A stretch of DNA of 64,000 bases from Camelus dromedarius (taxonomy: Eukaryota), in contig NC_087437.1 in the NCBI RefSeq assembly GCF_036321535.1, forward strand, positions 54,872,001 to 54,936,000, in the 5' to 3' direction. Every line of letters starts with the position of its first letter. Within the stretch, counting starts at the first letter, position 1. Under the pieces are notes generated by a model. The model did no database searches. It had not been told where the DNA came from and was given only the letters and a program-made list of their open reading frames with translations. Below, piece by piece: positions 63,201 to 64,000 of the stretch. Made by a program: the position numbers and the translations under genes.

Positions 63201-64000
63201 ATCGATTTATTGACTGGCTTAAAGAATCTTTGCTGTGTTGTTGATGAAGAGGAGGAGGATAAAGAGAATTTGTGTGTTTCCTTTATGCTTGTTCTGTTCG
63301 CAAATTACTTGAGTAATTTTACTTCTCTTTCCCCCTTTCTTTGCCACAAGGAACATATGCGTTAGGAGATTGAGGAATATCCCCACTGGAGGGGACCAGA
63401 CCCAGAGAGGAGAAATTACTATCTAAATTGCACTCAGCACGTTGATGACAAAGTGGGATCTAAAACTCGTCACCACCAGGCTGCTCTGTCCTTGCTTCCT
63501 ATTTATATTTCTTAGTTGGGGTGAGTAACTCTTGACTCCTAGTTACTATCTGAGACTGCAGATTGAGCTCCAGAGACAGTAAAGCACACTGAGGTTTTCC
63601 AATCTGGTTTTTATGGTGATGTGGACGTTGTATGACAGTGTTTCACATCCATGGTTTAGGACAGAGATACCAAGGGGCAAATGGAGGGGATTCCTGAAAA
63701 TGTACAACCAAGCTTTATATAAAGACAGAACATCCCTCTATGGAACCTGGAAAACAAGCAAGTAAATAAATAAACAGCTTCCCTCATGATTCTCATCTCT
63801 GCTGGGTCGGCACAGCCCTGGCAGCAAAACCCCAGGGCACCCATGTTTCTCTGTCCTGACCTTCCTCTAAGCACTGAGCTGTTAGCATCAGAAACAATCA
63901 CAGCCACCTCGATGCTCATTTTCTTCAGCCTCTCACTAAAGCAATTTTTTTTTTAAAGATCAGCCAAAAGCAAACATTTCAGGGAGTAGTGTTGGCCTGA

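Noticed and set aside
63351..63520. Plus-strand exon candidate (pyrimidine tract + AAG, donor GTGAGT)
   Set aside because: It is isolated, with no recognisable product or linked exons. It cannot be told apart from a pseudo-exon without transcript data.
1..64000. The six-frame ORF track as a set of genes or an operon-like novel system
   Set aside because: All ORFs are 165 aa or shorter, overlap in conflicting frames, often use non-ATG starts and mostly lie in repeats or low-complexity DNA. The sequence is mammalian, so unspliced ORF calls are not gene evidence.

Overview
This is mammalian nuclear DNA, not a microbial window. It is most likely from a camelid (camel/alpaca/llama), because it carries two tRNA-Ala-derived SINEs with the structure of the camelid Vic-1 family and cetartiodactyl-type L1 3' ends. 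The window reads as intergenic or deep intronic sequence. It is densely packed with ancient eutherian repeats (MIR, L2, L3/CR1, L1M, MLT1/MLT2 solo LTRs, hAT transposon remnants) and microsatellites, with several repeat-free, motif-rich blocks that may be conserved enhancers. I found no intact protein-coding gene, RNA gene, CRISPR array or operon-like system. The ORF track is explained by repeats and chance. The most unusual signals are (i) four phase-compatible, splice-bounded segments at 608-4515 with in-frame stops and a terminal AATAAA, which may be the decayed 3' end of a gene or a lncRNA; (ii) a CpG-richer AP-1 x3 plus NF-kB motif cluster near 55 kb; and (iii) retroposon insertions with informative target-site duplications. 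Repeat families were recognised by eye from remembered consensus sequences, so subfamily names are provisional and boundaries are approximate (tens of bp). I cannot support a claim of a novel biological system.
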